A stretch of 64,000 bases of DNA from an uncultured Gammaproteobacteria bacterium. GTDB taxonomy: Bacteria; Patescibacteriota; Microgenomatia; Levybacterales; UBA12049. Under the pieces are notes generated by a model, which made no database searches, was not told the origin of the DNA, and saw only the letters and a list, made by a program, of their open reading frames with translations. The translations under genes and the position numbers were made by a program. The number at the start of each line of letters is the position of its first letter. Within the stretch, counting starts at the first letter, position 1. This document shows positions 37,080-46,655 of the stretch, in pieces. The stretch lies in NCBI GenBank assembly GCA_964540055.1, contig CAZILC010000006.1, forward strand, positions 8,228-72,227, read 5' to 3'.

Positions 37080-37254
37080 CTTTAGTCCCCTCCTCTCTTC
37101 AGTTTTGGGGCAGCGAGTTAATTTTAGGAATGGCTATCAGTCATAACCGAGCGTTGGTCTCTTGCGAGGTTCGCTTCAGAATGGCTTAGTGATAACCGCT
37201 CCCCTTTTCACGATGCATCATAGACATCTTAAATATCATATGATGTGGGACTAA
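37080..37254 (+). ncRNA. Candidate structured small RNA (unclassified; 6S-like architecture is one hypothesis)
   Basis: GC-rich patch in a 516-bp ORF-free gap. Nested helices: 37082-37089/37247-37254; 37107-37115/37197-37204; an apical hairpin at 37149-37176; a side hairpin at 37215-37246. Five G-U pairs exist only on the + strand. TGCTAACAT ends at 37073. Confidence 0.35.
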
Positions 37255-37332
37255 GAAATACGCAAATAGTACGTAAGAATTTGGCAAGAAATTTAATTTG
37301 TGATATACTATAGTATAAAGTGTTGTAAATAT

Positions 37333-37361
37333 TTGACAACTAAGTTAAAAAGTTGTGTAAT
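37333..37361 (+). promoter_or_regulatory. Promoter candidate for gdh-proBAC
   Basis: TTGACA (37333-37338), a 17-nt spacer, then TGTAAT, about 85 nt upstream of the gdh ATG. Confidence 0.35.
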
Positions 37362-37444
37362 ATAAAAATACTCAAGATTTTATAGTCATATTCTCTCTAT
37401 AAAAAGGTATTAAAAGTAACCACTTAGTTAGCAAATAGCTAAAT

Positions 37445-38686
37445 ATGTATACAAATAATCCTTGGACTCGTGCCCAAAGACAACTGAAGAAAAATGCGTC
37501 GATGTTATCAATCTCACCTCTTCTCGTCGAGCGATTAACTCATCCCCAACGAGTCATCGAAGTAGCACTCCCTGTCGCATTGGAAGACGGAACAGTAAAA
37601 ACATTTATGGGCTACCGTGTACAACACAGTAATATTAGAGGCCCATTTAAAGGCGGTCTTCGTTATCACTCTGATGTATCAATGGATGAAGTTAAAGCTC
37701 TCGCCTTCTGGATGACGATGAAAAATGCAGTTGTTGATGTACCATTTGGTGGTGGAAAAGGTGGGATAACTGTTGATCCAAAACAATTAACAGAAAACGA
37801 TTTAAAAAATCTTACTACCCTCTTTACCAGTCGTCTGGGCGGCAATATAGGCCCACAAATTGATGTTCCGGCACCTGATGTTAATACTAATCCAAAAGTT
37901 ATGTCATGGATCGCCAATGAATATAGCAAAAGTGCTGGCAAGGACAGCCTCGCTGTCGTTACCGGAAAACCCCTTGATAAAGGTGGTTCTTTGGGAAGGA
38001 CTGAGGCAACGGGGCTGGGTGGAGCGTATGTTTTATTATATGCTTTAAAAAAACTCAATAAAAATCCTAAAAATTTAACTGTTGCTATACAAGGATTTGG
38101 GAATGTTGGCCGTTATGTTGCCGAATTCCTCACCCAATTCGGACTTAAAATTGTTGCAGTTTCAGATTCAAAAAGCGGTATCTATCTTCCAAGTGGCATT
38201 AAAGATATTGCGATGCTTGAAAATTATAAAAAGGAAAAGGGTACGCTTGAAGGCTTTTCCTCTGCAGCGAAAATTACTCCTAAAGAGTTACTCAAGCTTC
38301 CAGTTGATATCGTAATTCCTGCAGCTTTGGAAAATGTAATTACCGAAGATAACGCCCAAAAAATTAAGGCATCTATTATTCTTGAGCTTGCAAATGGACC
38401 CACAACTATTGAAGCTGATACTATTCTTCAGAATAAAAATATAAAAGTTATTCCTGATATTCTTGCGAATGCAGGTGGAGTTGCAGTGAGTTATTTTGAA
38501 TGGTATCAAAATATCAATACTATTCACTGGACAAAAGAAGAAGTTTTTAAAAAGTTAAAAAAGAAAATGGATGTCGCAACAAAAGAAGTTTTTGCTTTTA
38601 GCACAAAACATCACGTACCTCTTCGTGATGCAGCGTATTTACTTGCCCTGACACGTATTCAAAAAGAATGGGAAACTCGTAGCTGA
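37445..38686 (+). CDS. gdhA: Glutamate dehydrogenase (Glu/Leu/Phe/Val dehydrogenase family)
   Basis: FKGGLRYH, PFGGGKGG and GFGNVG (Rossmann) motifs. Confidence 0.95.
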   Translation: MYTNNPWTRAQRQLKKNASMLSISPLLVERLTHPQRVIEVALPVALEDGTVKTFMGYRVQHSNIRGPFKGGLRYHSDVSMDEVKALAFWMTMKNAVVDVPFGGGKGGITVDPKQLTENDLKNLTTLFTSRLGGNIGPQIDVPAPDVNTNPKVMSWIANEYSKSAGKDSLAVVTGKPLDKGGSLGRTEATGLGGAYVLLYALKKLNKNPKNLTVAIQGFGNVGRYVAEFLTQFGLKIVAVSDSKSGIYLPSGIKDIAMLENYKKEKGTLEGFSSAAKITPKELLKLPVDIVIPAALENVITEDNAQKIKASIILELANGPTTIEADTILQNKNIKVIPDILANAGGVAVSYFEWYQNINTIHWTKEEVFKKLKKKMDVATKEVFAFSTKHHVPLRDAAYLLALTRIQKEWETRS

Positions 38687-38706
38687 GATCTCTAAAGAGG
38701 AACAAA

Positions 38707-39447
38707 ATGAAAAAAGTAGTAGTAAAATTAGGAAGAAGTATCGCAACATCTGAGAATAACACGATTGATGAAAATCAATTTGAAAATCTCTCTAAGCAAA
38801 TAAAATTACTTCACGAACGCAACATTTTTGTTATTCTTGTTGTATCTGCTGCAGTATCATGCGGCGAACAAGAACTAGGACTGATCGGTCCATATTCTGT
38901 AACAAAACATCTTGTTGCCGGAGTCGGTCAGGCAGCCATTATGGCAGATTTACATCGTATTTTCCGAAAAAATCATTTAAAAATTGCCCAATTGCTCGTG
39001 ACAAAAAGTGACTTACAAGAACGGCAAAAACGCGAAAATATTAAACAAGTTATCCACCAAGCTGCTGAAAGAAATATTGTCTTGGTAGTAAATGAAAATG
39101 ATATCGCTGAGCTGCATAGTTTTGAAGGCAATGATTATCTCGCAGCAGAAATTGCCAAACTCGTTCACGCAGATAGTCTCCTCTTTCTCACCGATGTCCA
39201 GGGAGTTTTAGATGATCATATGCAAGTCATGAAAGTGTATTCAAAAAATAAGAGCCTTGCTCAAGTTATCAAAACGAATGGTAGAGGTGCCGTAGGAGGC
39301 ATGCAAGCAAAACTCGACTCAGCAACAAGTGCTGCGACAAATGGTATAGACACATGGATTTCTAATGGAAGAATGCAAAATCTTCTTATTAGAATACTTC
39401 TTGAGAATGAACACATCGGCACAAAGATCTCAAATGACACGTTATGA
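38707..39447 (+). CDS. proB: Glutamate 5-kinase (no PUA domain)
   Basis: Amino-acid-kinase fold (VVKLGRS...VVSAAVSCG...NENDIAEL) located upstream of proA and proC. An AAGAGGA SD-like element precedes the ATG. Confidence 0.75.
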   Translation: MKKVVVKLGRSIATSENNTIDENQFENLSKQIKLLHERNIFVILVVSAAVSCGEQELGLIGPYSVTKHLVAGVGQAAIMADLHRIFRKNHLKIAQLLVTKSDLQERQKRENIKQVIHQAAERNIVLVVNENDIAELHSFEGNDYLAAEIAKLVHADSLLFLTDVQGVLDDHMQVMKVYSKNKSLAQVIKTNGRGAVGGMQAKLDSATSAATNGIDTWISNGRMQNLLIRILLENEHIGTKISNDTL

Positions 39448-40691
39448 ATGACCTTGATGGCAAATTAAAAAAAGCAAAACAGGCTTCTTTTGAAATAGCC
39501 AAACTTACAGCAAAGAATAAAGCAACCCTCCTTCTTACAATTGCAGCAACTTTAAGACAACACAAAAATGAAATTCTTGAAGCAAATGCTTTGGATGTTT
39601 CTCAAACAAAAGAAAAAGGAGCAAGCAGCGCATTTATTGATAGACTAACCCTCTCAGAAAAAGGCTTTGCGGGGATGATTTCCCAACTTGAAACCGTTGC
39701 TCACTTACCTGAAGTACTTGATGAAGTTATTGAAGAAAGAACACTTACGAATGGTGTGCTTTTAAAAAAAGAAAGATTTCCCCTTGGCCTTATTGCTATG
39801 ATTTATGAATCCCGTCCAAATGTAACTGTTGATGCAGTAGGATTATGTCTTAAAGCTGGAAATGCGGTAATTCTTAAAGGTGGATCAGAGGCTGCACATA
39901 CCAATAGAATGCTCGTGCATTATATCCATGAAGTGCTTACCCAACACCAGATCTCACAAGCAGCGGTTACTCTTTTGGATAAAGCAACTCATGCAGATAT
40001 TGATGAAATGCTTACACGAAATGATGTTATTGATGTTGTAATTCCAAGAGGAAGTTACGCACTTACCACAGCTGTAGCAAACAAATCCCGTATACCTATA
40101 CTCTATCATTCCGCTGGAGGAGCACGGATGTATGTTGATAAAAGTGCTGATATAGAACAAGCGCTTGAGATATGTGTAAACGCAAAAACAAATAGAACAG
40201 GCGTATGTAATGCCCTTGATATGGTCCTCGTTCACAAAGAAGTTGCTGAAAAATTTCTTAAGAAGTTAGATGAAGTAATAACTGCAAAAGGATTTGAAAT
40301 CCGCGCAGATGCAAGAGCAAGAGAATATATGCCTAATGCAAAACAAGCAGCGGAGAAAGATTTTTCAACGGAATTTTTGGATACTATATTGGCAGTAAAA
40401 ATTGTTGATGATGCACCGGAAGCGATACAATTTATTAAAACCCATACCCATGGTCATACAGAAATTCTTGCGACCAAAGATGAGGATATTGTTAACACAT
40501 TTATCCATGAGATAGATGCGGCAGGACTCATGATTAACTGCTCTTCTCGTCTGCATGATGGCGGAGAATTTGAAATGGGCGCTGAGATGGGTACTGCAAC
40601 AGGAAAACTTCATGCGCGTGGTCCCGTGGGCGTACGTGAGCTAACAACGTATAAGTGGATTGCATTTGGAAATGGACAAATAAAGCAATAA
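39444..40691 (+). CDS. proA: Gamma-glutamyl phosphate reductase
   Basis: Aldehyde-dehydrogenase-type protein with typical ProA regions (IYESRPNVTVDA, ILKGGSEA, NAKTNRTGVCNALD). ATGA overlap with proB. Confidence 0.9.
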   Translation: MNDLDGKLKKAKQASFEIAKLTAKNKATLLLTIAATLRQHKNEILEANALDVSQTKEKGASSAFIDRLTLSEKGFAGMISQLETVAHLPEVLDEVIEERTLTNGVLLKKERFPLGLIAMIYESRPNVTVDAVGLCLKAGNAVILKGGSEAAHTNRMLVHYIHEVLTQHQISQAAVTLLDKATHADIDEMLTRNDVIDVVIPRGSYALTTAVANKSRIPILYHSAGGARMYVDKSADIEQALEICVNAKTNRTGVCNALDMVLVHKEVAEKFLKKLDEVITAKGFEIRADARAREYMPNAKQAAEKDFSTEFLDTILAVKIVDDAPEAIQFIKTHTHGHTEILATKDEDIVNTFIHEIDAAGLMINCSSRLHDGGEFEMGAEMGTATGKLHARGPVGVRELTTYKWIAFGNGQIKQ

Positions 40692-40695
40692 TACA

Positions 40696-41466
40696 ATGCG
40701 TGAGCGAATTGCAATCATCGGGTCAGGAAACATGGGGCAAGCCATCGCTCGTGGACTGCTAGATAACAAAATAATTACCCAACAACAACTTTTCTTAACG
40801 AATTCTCAAACCGGCAATAAAGAGGCTATCACAAAAGCAGATATTATTATTTTGGCAGTAAAACCGCAAAATAAAGATACTGTCTTTGAAGAAATAAAAG
40901 AAGTAGTCACTAATCAACTTATAATATCAGTAATGGCCGGAATCACCATCGAATCGATCCAAAACTCACTTGGTGGAAAAAATAGCATAATTCGAGTGAT
41001 GCCAAATATTGCGGCAAAGATTGGCAAATCTATGTCTGTCTGGATAAAAAATCCACAAGTTTCCTCGACACAAACTGAGAAAATCAAACTAATACTTGAA
41101 GCCATTGGCCAGCAACTGGAATTGCACACAGAAGATCAAATCGATAAAGCAACAGCGATTTCAGGCAGCGGACCTGCTTACATTTTTTATCTTACAGAAA
41201 TTTTGGAAAATGCTGCTATAAAAATTGGGTTTTCTGACCGAGAGGCAAAATTATTAGCTGAACAAACTCTCATAGGAAGCGCTGAATTGTTACAGAAATC
41301 AAAAGAATCAGCAACAAATTTACGAAGTGCTGTTACGTCCAAAGGCGGTACAACTGAAGCTGCGATAACTATCTTACAGAAAGAAAATATACAGAATATT
41401 TTTAGCAAAGCTATTACAGCAGCATATACCAGAGCTAAAAAGCTCGGGGAAAACCTACGTAAGTAA
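40696..41466 (+). CDS. proC: Pyrroline-5-carboxylate reductase
   Basis: IAIIGSGNMGQAIARGL Rossmann motif and the C-terminal SKGGTTEAAI signature. Confidence 0.9.
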   Translation: MRERIAIIGSGNMGQAIARGLLDNKIITQQQLFLTNSQTGNKEAITKADIIILAVKPQNKDTVFEEIKEVVTNQLIISVMAGITIESIQNSLGGKNSIIRVMPNIAAKIGKSMSVWIKNPQVSSTQTEKIKLILEAIGQQLELHTEDQIDKATAISGSGPAYIFYLTEILENAAIKIGFSDREAKLLAEQTLIGSAELLQKSKESATNLRSAVTSKGGTTEAAITILQKENIQNIFSKAITAAYTRAKKLGENLRK

Positions 41467-41518
41467 CCACCATTTTCACTTTACTTATCCCCTATTTTAT
41501 TTTATGCTGGAATAAGCC

Positions 41519-42313
41519 ATGAAGATTGACATTTTTTCTGCTGCAATGATCAAAACATTCCTTTATGCCGGGATTACCCTTCTTATTGCAGTATTATTGG
41601 ATTATATTCTCAGATCGCTCATCAGAGTTCCTAAACATTTTAACAATAAAAGAACCCAAACCGTAGCCGCGGTGACGCGTAATATAATAACAATCATTAT
41701 ATATGTGTTCGCAGGATATATTATCATTACTCTTTTTGGCATCAATTTGACCCCACTTCTTGCCAGTGCAAGTATTATTGGTATCGTTCTTGGAATCGGC
41801 GCTCGTGAGATCATAGAGGATTTCGCTAACGGATTTTTTCTCTTATCTTTGGATTCGATAGCAATTGGAGATTATCTACAAATTGGTACCAACTTTATTC
41901 AAGGTGATAATACGCTAGGCACTGTTGAAAATATTGGTGCTCGGACGCTGACTATCAAAGCTGATGACGGTTCATTTCATATAATCCCAAACGGTCAAAT
42001 CAAAAAGATCATAAACTATTCCAGACATCGATTTAATATTTTTATTGATCTTCCCGTGAAGGCAAATCAGGATATTGAGAAAGTGACAAAAGCAGCAGAA
42101 AATGCCATGAAACAGCTGCATAGTGATCAAGAATTTACCGAGGCAATACTCACCGGCTCACAAGTAAATGGCATTGAAAGTTTCGCAACTGGTGAAGTTA
42201 TGATATTTAGAACTACAATAACAACTTATCCATCACGACGTATAGAAATAGCAAAACAATATCGCTTACTCGTTAAAAAAGAATTTGAGAAACACAAAAT
42301 TCAATTTGCATAA
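41519..42313 (+). CDS. Small-conductance mechanosensitive channel (MscS family)
   Basis: Three TM segments, then GIVLGIGAREIIEDFANGFFLLSLDSIAIGDYLQIG, the MscS pore and beta-domain junction. Confidence 0.8.
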   Translation: MKIDIFSAAMIKTFLYAGITLLIAVLLDYILRSLIRVPKHFNNKRTQTVAAVTRNIITIIIYVFAGYIIITLFGINLTPLLASASIIGIVLGIGAREIIEDFANGFFLLSLDSIAIGDYLQIGTNFIQGDNTLGTVENIGARTLTIKADDGSFHIIPNGQIKKIINYSRHRFNIFIDLPVKANQDIEKVTKAAENAMKQLHSDQEFTEAILTGSQVNGIESFATGEVMIFRTTITTYPSRRIEIAKQYRLLVKKEFEKHKIQFA

Positions 42314-44835
42314 TGGCCGATTTATTACAAGAAAAAGAATATTGGCAGAAATCACCTGATCAAATTCTACAAAAATTGCAAACAAGCATTTCAGGACTAA
42401 CGGAAAAAGAAATCCTAACCCGGCAAAAACAATATGGACTCAACACAATTCACAAAAGGAATGTCAATCTTCTAACGCTTTTTATCAGACAATTCACAGG
42501 AAATCCTCTTATTATTATCCTCGCGGTCGCGACATTTGTTTCCTACCTCCTTGGCCAACATATTAGCTCTTATTATATTTTTGGGATGATTATTCTCAGT
42601 GTTTTTTTGGGTCTGTGGAATGAATATAGCGCTGTCAGAACTGTTGAAAATCTTTTGAAAAAAATATCCCCTACTGCACTTGTTGAAAGAAACGGAGAAA
42701 AACTAGAAATTCCCGTCACACATCTGACAGTTGGTGACATTGTTCTACTCTCACAAGGAAGTATTATCCCGGCAGATGTTCGCCTCATTGAGACAAAAGA
42801 TATGGAAGTGAATCAGTCAGCTCTCACTGGTGAAGCAAAAACTGTTTTTAAAACAAATGAAGCACTCACTGATGCACCCAAAAGCGCTACCAATATCGAT
42901 AATATCGGCTATATGGGAACTATTGTTGAGAGCGGTTCAGGAAAAGGAGTTGTGATTCAAATCGGTAAAGACACCGCCTTTGGGAAAATTGCTCAAACTT
43001 CTTCATTCGTCAGACCAATTACCGATTTTCAAAAAGGGCTTATTACTTTTGGTGATCTCATTATAAAAGTAATTATCATAATGACCATTGTCATTTTTGT
43101 AATAAATTGGCTGTTGGGACATGCACTGATTGACTCTCTCCTCTTTTCACTCGCAATTGCAGTCGGTCTGACACCCGAAATGCTCCCTGTTATTGTAACA
43201 GTAAGTCTTGCTCATGGTGCTGGTAAACTTGCGAAAAAACATATTGTTATCAAACAACTTATTTCAATTGAAAACTTAGGAAATATGGATGTCTTATGTA
43301 CCGATAAAACAGGTACATTAACTGAGGGTAAAATTGATGTAATCGACTTTTTTGATGTACACGAAAAAAGAAATATCGATGTTCTTAAATTAGCGCTCAC
43401 TTGTAATACAGCGATCGTCCATCATAAAGTTCTAGGCAACGCTATAGATGTATCCCTATGGGAATATGCTATTAAGAATAATATTAAGCTCGATAAAGGA
43501 ATTAAAAAAGTAGATGAAGAGGCATTTGACTATAACAAAAAAGCTATGTATACAGTTATTGAAAAACATGGTGAAATAATCTTAGTTGCGAAAGGTGCTC
43601 CTGATAATATTATTGCGCTTTGCAAAAATATTCCGGACAAAAAGAAATTACATGAAAAATTAATGAGTCTCAACAATAGCGGTTTGCGTATGGTTGCAGT
43701 CGCGACTAAAAAAATAAAAAAACAAACAGAATACAACTGGGATGATGTCGCTGATTTACAATTTGAGGGGTATATAACTTTTCTTGATATCCCCAAGAAG
43801 AGTGCCAAAGAAGCATTAGAAAAATTACACAATCTCAATGTCCAGACAAAAATTATTACCGGTGATAATGAAATTATTACCAAACGTATATGCCATGAAG
43901 TTGGCATCCCTTTTGATCAGGTGCTGATTGGCTCAGAAATTGAAAAATTATCCGATCACGAGTTAATGGCAAAAGTAAATGATGTTGATATTTTTGCCCG
44001 AGTAAGCCCCGATCAAAAACTGAGAATTATTCAAACGTTACAAAAGCATGGCCATACTGTGGGGTATATGGGAGACGGTATCAATGATTTACCATCCCTG
44101 CATAGCGCAGATGTTGGTATTTCGGTGAATACTGCAGTTGATGTAGCAAAAGACGCTGCTGCAGTTGTTCTTCTTCACAAAGGTCTTGATGTGATTGCCG
44201 ATGGTATAACAGAAGGCAGAAAAACGTTTAACAATACAATGAAATATATCTTGATGAGTACCAGCTCTAATTTTGGCAATATGTTCTCAGCTGCCGGTGC
44301 ATCTTTTTTCCTCCCCTTTTTGCCGATGACTCCGGTGCAAATTTTGCTTACTAACGGACTGTATGATATTTCACAATTAAGTATTCCAACAGATAACGTC
44401 GATGCCGAATCGCTTCTCAAACCCCGGCACTGGAATGTTGATTTTATTAAAAATTATATGATGTTCTTTGGACCGCTTTCCAGTATTTTCGATTTTGCCA
44501 CCTTTAGCATTATGCTTTTTATTTTTCATGCAAGCGGATCGTTATTTCAAACAGGATGGTTTGTTGAATCCATTGCCACAGAAATTCTCGTTGTTTTTGT
44601 CATACGTACCGCACGAACTCCTTTTTTCAAAAGCACACCCGGCAAATGGCTTCTTATCACTTGCATTACAATGACTACAATCGGAATTCTTTTACCATTT
44701 ACTCCGCTTGCTCAACCTCTGGGGCTTGTTGCTCCCCCACTTCGATATTTTGGAATTTTACTGGTTCTCATAGTTGCTTATCTCTTCCTTGTTGAAACAA
44801 TTAAAACTGTCTTTTTGAAAAAATTCAACCTCTAA
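42313..44835 (+). CDS. P-type cation-transporting ATPase (MgtA-like / type II-III)
   Basis: CTDKTGTLT phosphorylation motif, TGDN, and the MGDGINDLPSLHSADVGISV hinge, with about 10 TM segments. Confidence 0.9.
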   Translation: MADLLQEKEYWQKSPDQILQKLQTSISGLTEKEILTRQKQYGLNTIHKRNVNLLTLFIRQFTGNPLIIILAVATFVSYLLGQHISSYYIFGMIILSVFLGLWNEYSAVRTVENLLKKISPTALVERNGEKLEIPVTHLTVGDIVLLSQGSIIPADVRLIETKDMEVNQSALTGEAKTVFKTNEALTDAPKSATNIDNIGYMGTIVESGSGKGVVIQIGKDTAFGKIAQTSSFVRPITDFQKGLITFGDLIIKVIIIMTIVIFVINWLLGHALIDSLLFSLAIAVGLTPEMLPVIVTVSLAHGAGKLAKKHIVIKQLISIENLGNMDVLCTDKTGTLTEGKIDVIDFFDVHEKRNIDVLKLALTCNTAIVHHKVLGNAIDVSLWEYAIKNNIKLDKGIKKVDEEAFDYNKKAMYTVIEKHGEIILVAKGAPDNIIALCKNIPDKKKLHEKLMSLNNSGLRMVAVATKKIKKQTEYNWDDVADLQFEGYITFLDIPKKSAKEALEKLHNLNVQTKIITGDNEIITKRICHEVGIPFDQVLIGSEIEKLSDHELMAKVNDVDIFARVSPDQKLRIIQTLQKHGHTVGYMGDGINDLPSLHSADVGISVNTAVDVAKDAAAVVLLHKGLDVIADGITEGRKTFNNTMKYILMSTSSNFGNMFSAAGASFFLPFLPMTPVQILLTNGLYDISQLSIPTDNVDAESLLKPRHWNVDFIKNYMMFFGPLSSIFDFATFSIMLFIFHASGSLFQTGWFVESIATEILVVFVIRTARTPFFKSTPGKWLLITCITMTTIGILLPFTPLAQPLGLVAPPLRYFGILLVLIVAYLFLVETIKTVFLKKFNL

Positions 44836-44874
44836 GCTGTACTATATGCTATAATTAGTCTTATAGGAGAAACT

Positions 44875-45516
44875 GTGGACAAAAATAATACCACAAACAA
44901 ACCAAAACGGGACAAAATCGAAGTCTTTTCTTTTGCTGCTTATAAAAAACATCACGATTCAATAAAGCCACAGACACTAAGAGAAAAAATCACTCACAAA
45001 ATAAAACATCACAAAGTCACCAAATCCGAATATGAAAAAATATATGAAGAATTAAAAGAAATGGATCCTGATGAACCTATTATCTGGATGGGAAAACCAT
45101 CTCAAGTTACGAATTTATTTGGATATGTAGTATGTTTTCTCTTTTGCTGGTTAGTATTTCCTCTTATTCTTGCATATTATTTATATTTACGCACGAAGTT
45201 TACAGTGTATGTTCTTACCGCTCAACGACTGCGAGTTTACTCGGGAGTATTTATTAAACGAATTGATGATGTTGAGTTATATCGGGTAAAAGACACAATT
45301 TTTCTACAACCCTTTTTTCTTGCATGGTTTGGCCTTTCAAATATCCAACTCATCACTTCAGATTCTACATGGGGAGATGCTATGATAATGGGCATTACAA
45401 ACGGAAGAATGTTGAGGGAAAAAATTCGAAGTATTGTTGAAGTTGCCCGAGAGAGAAAAGGAGTTCGCGAAGTTGATTATTATACGCGGGGTGAACCAAT
45501 GCCTGCCGGACTATAA
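44875..45516 (+). CDS. Bacterial PH-domain (bPH_2/YdbS-like) membrane protein, GTG start
   Basis: Two-TM hairpin, then TAQRLRVYSGVFIKRIDDVELYRVKDTI...IQLITSD, typical of the DUF304/bPH_2 family. AGGAGA SD lies 4 nt before the GTG. Confidence 0.6.
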   Translation: MDKNNTTNKPKRDKIEVFSFAAYKKHHDSIKPQTLREKITHKIKHHKVTKSEYEKIYEELKEMDPDEPIIWMGKPSQVTNLFGYVVCFLFCWLVFPLILAYYLYLRTKFTVYVLTAQRLRVYSGVFIKRIDDVELYRVKDTIFLQPFFLAWFGLSNIQLITSDSTWGDAMIMGITNGRMLREKIRSIVEVARERKGVREVDYYTRGEPMPAGL

Positions 45517-45560
45517 TAAACTTGACATTACTTCAAATTTTTGCTCTACTAAAATTAGAC

Positions 45561-46022
45561 ATGAATAAAAAAACTGCTCCCAAAAAATCTACTGTAAGAA
45601 AATCCGTCAAACGCACAATCCCCCGCTCCCATACTTCACGAAGCAATCAAACCATTCTTATTAGAAGAATTGTAATTTTTAGCGCATGTCTCGTTATGGT
45701 TATCGGCATTGCAGCAACGTTCAATCGAGGTTCTGCAAGCCAGGCAGTCGCAGGTGCAGCTATCACACGGGGATTATTTAATCAAACAACCATTTGGATT
45801 CCATCAGTACCTAACGCGACAGGATATAATATCTATTACAAGCAACAGGGTGAACAGAAATTCACCAATGCAGTACGCAATATTCCAGTGAACGTTCACC
45901 AATACACAGTTTCTTACTTAAAAAGAGGTGTTACCTATCAATATACAGAAGCCGCGATTGTCGGCGGAAAAGAAGTCAATTTCACTCCGATCACAACCAT
46001 AACAAATCTCCAATCAATGTAG
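45561..46022 (+). CDS. Hypothetical secreted/anchored protein with Fn3-like domain
   Basis: Start at ATG 45561 (MNKKTAPKK). Basic N-terminus, a TM segment (IVIFSACLVMVIGIAA), then a beta-rich segment (PNATGYNIYYKQQGE...YTVSYLKRGVTYQY). Confidence 0.45.
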   Translation: MNKKTAPKKSTVRKSVKRTIPRSHTSRSNQTILIRRIVIFSACLVMVIGIAATFNRGSASQAVAGAAITRGLFNQTTIWIPSVPNATGYNIYYKQQGEQKFTNAVRNIPVNVHQYTVSYLKRGVTYQYTEAAIVGGKEVNFTPITTITNLQSM

Positions 46023-46086
46023 TTTTCTAATTTTTTAAACTAAACTCTTACAGATTTCCTTGACAAGTTTTATATAATATAACTAT

Positions 46087-46641
46087 ATGAGTTCTGATAC
46101 TCTACAAACTGCAACGTTTGCCAACGGCTGCTTCTGGTGCACAGAAGCTATCTTTAAACGCATAAAGGGAGTAGAATCGGTTATGTCAGGCTACTCTGGC
46201 GGTACAATTGAAAACCCCACTTATGAACAAGTTTCAAGTGAATCTACTGGACACGCAGAGTCAGTTCAGATTACTTTTGATCCAAAAATAATTTCTTATG
46301 AAACTATAGTAGATGTTTTTTTTGCAACACATGATCCAACTACACTGAATCGACAAGGCAATGACGTAGGAACACAGTATCGTTCTGCCATTTTTTACCA
46401 CAATGAAGAACAAAAGAAATTAGCTGAAAAAGCAATCGAAAAGCTTGAAAAATCAGGAAAATATCATGATCCTATTGTTACAAAAATTGAAAAGTTCACA
46501 AAATTTTACCCTGCAGAAGAGTACCACAAAGAATATTATGATTCTCATCGCTCCGCTCCTTATTGTATGGTCATCATTGATCCAAAAATAAGAAAATTAA
46601 TGGAAAACTTTAAAGAGAATGTAAAAGAAGAATATAAATAA
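46087..46641 (+). CDS. msrA: Peptide-methionine (S)-S-oxide reductase
   Basis: GCFWC active-site motif and the [12 protein letters not shown] and YHKEYY regions. Confidence 0.95.
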   Translation: MSSDTLQTATFANGCFWCTEAIFKRIKGVESVMSGYSGGTIENPTYEQVSSESTGHAESVQITFDPKIISYETIVDVFFATHDPTTLNRQGNDVGTQYRSAIFYHNEEQKKLAEKAIEKLEKSGKYHDPIVTKIEKFTKFYPAEEYHKEYYDSHRSAPYCMVIIDPKIRKLMENFKENVKEEYK

Positions 46642-46655
46642 AACCACCCGGCATT

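Noticed and set aside
37080-37254. Assignment of the structured RNA candidate to RNase P RNA, tmRNA, SRP RNA, tRNA or a T-box leader
   Set aside because: There is no GAGGAAAGUCC-type P4 sequence, no tRNA-like 3' end or GGUUCGAAUCC T-loop (the GGTTCG at 37168 has no cloverleaf context), and no GGAA/AGCA SRP domain IV motif. There is also no GGGUGGNACCNCG T-box sequence. At about 175 nt it is too short for RNase P RNA or tmRNA.
46060-46065. TTGACA upstream of msrA as its -35 element
   Set aside because: It is only 7 nt from the TATAAT (46073-46078) that sits 8 nt before the ATG, and that spacing is incompatible with a -35/-10 pair.
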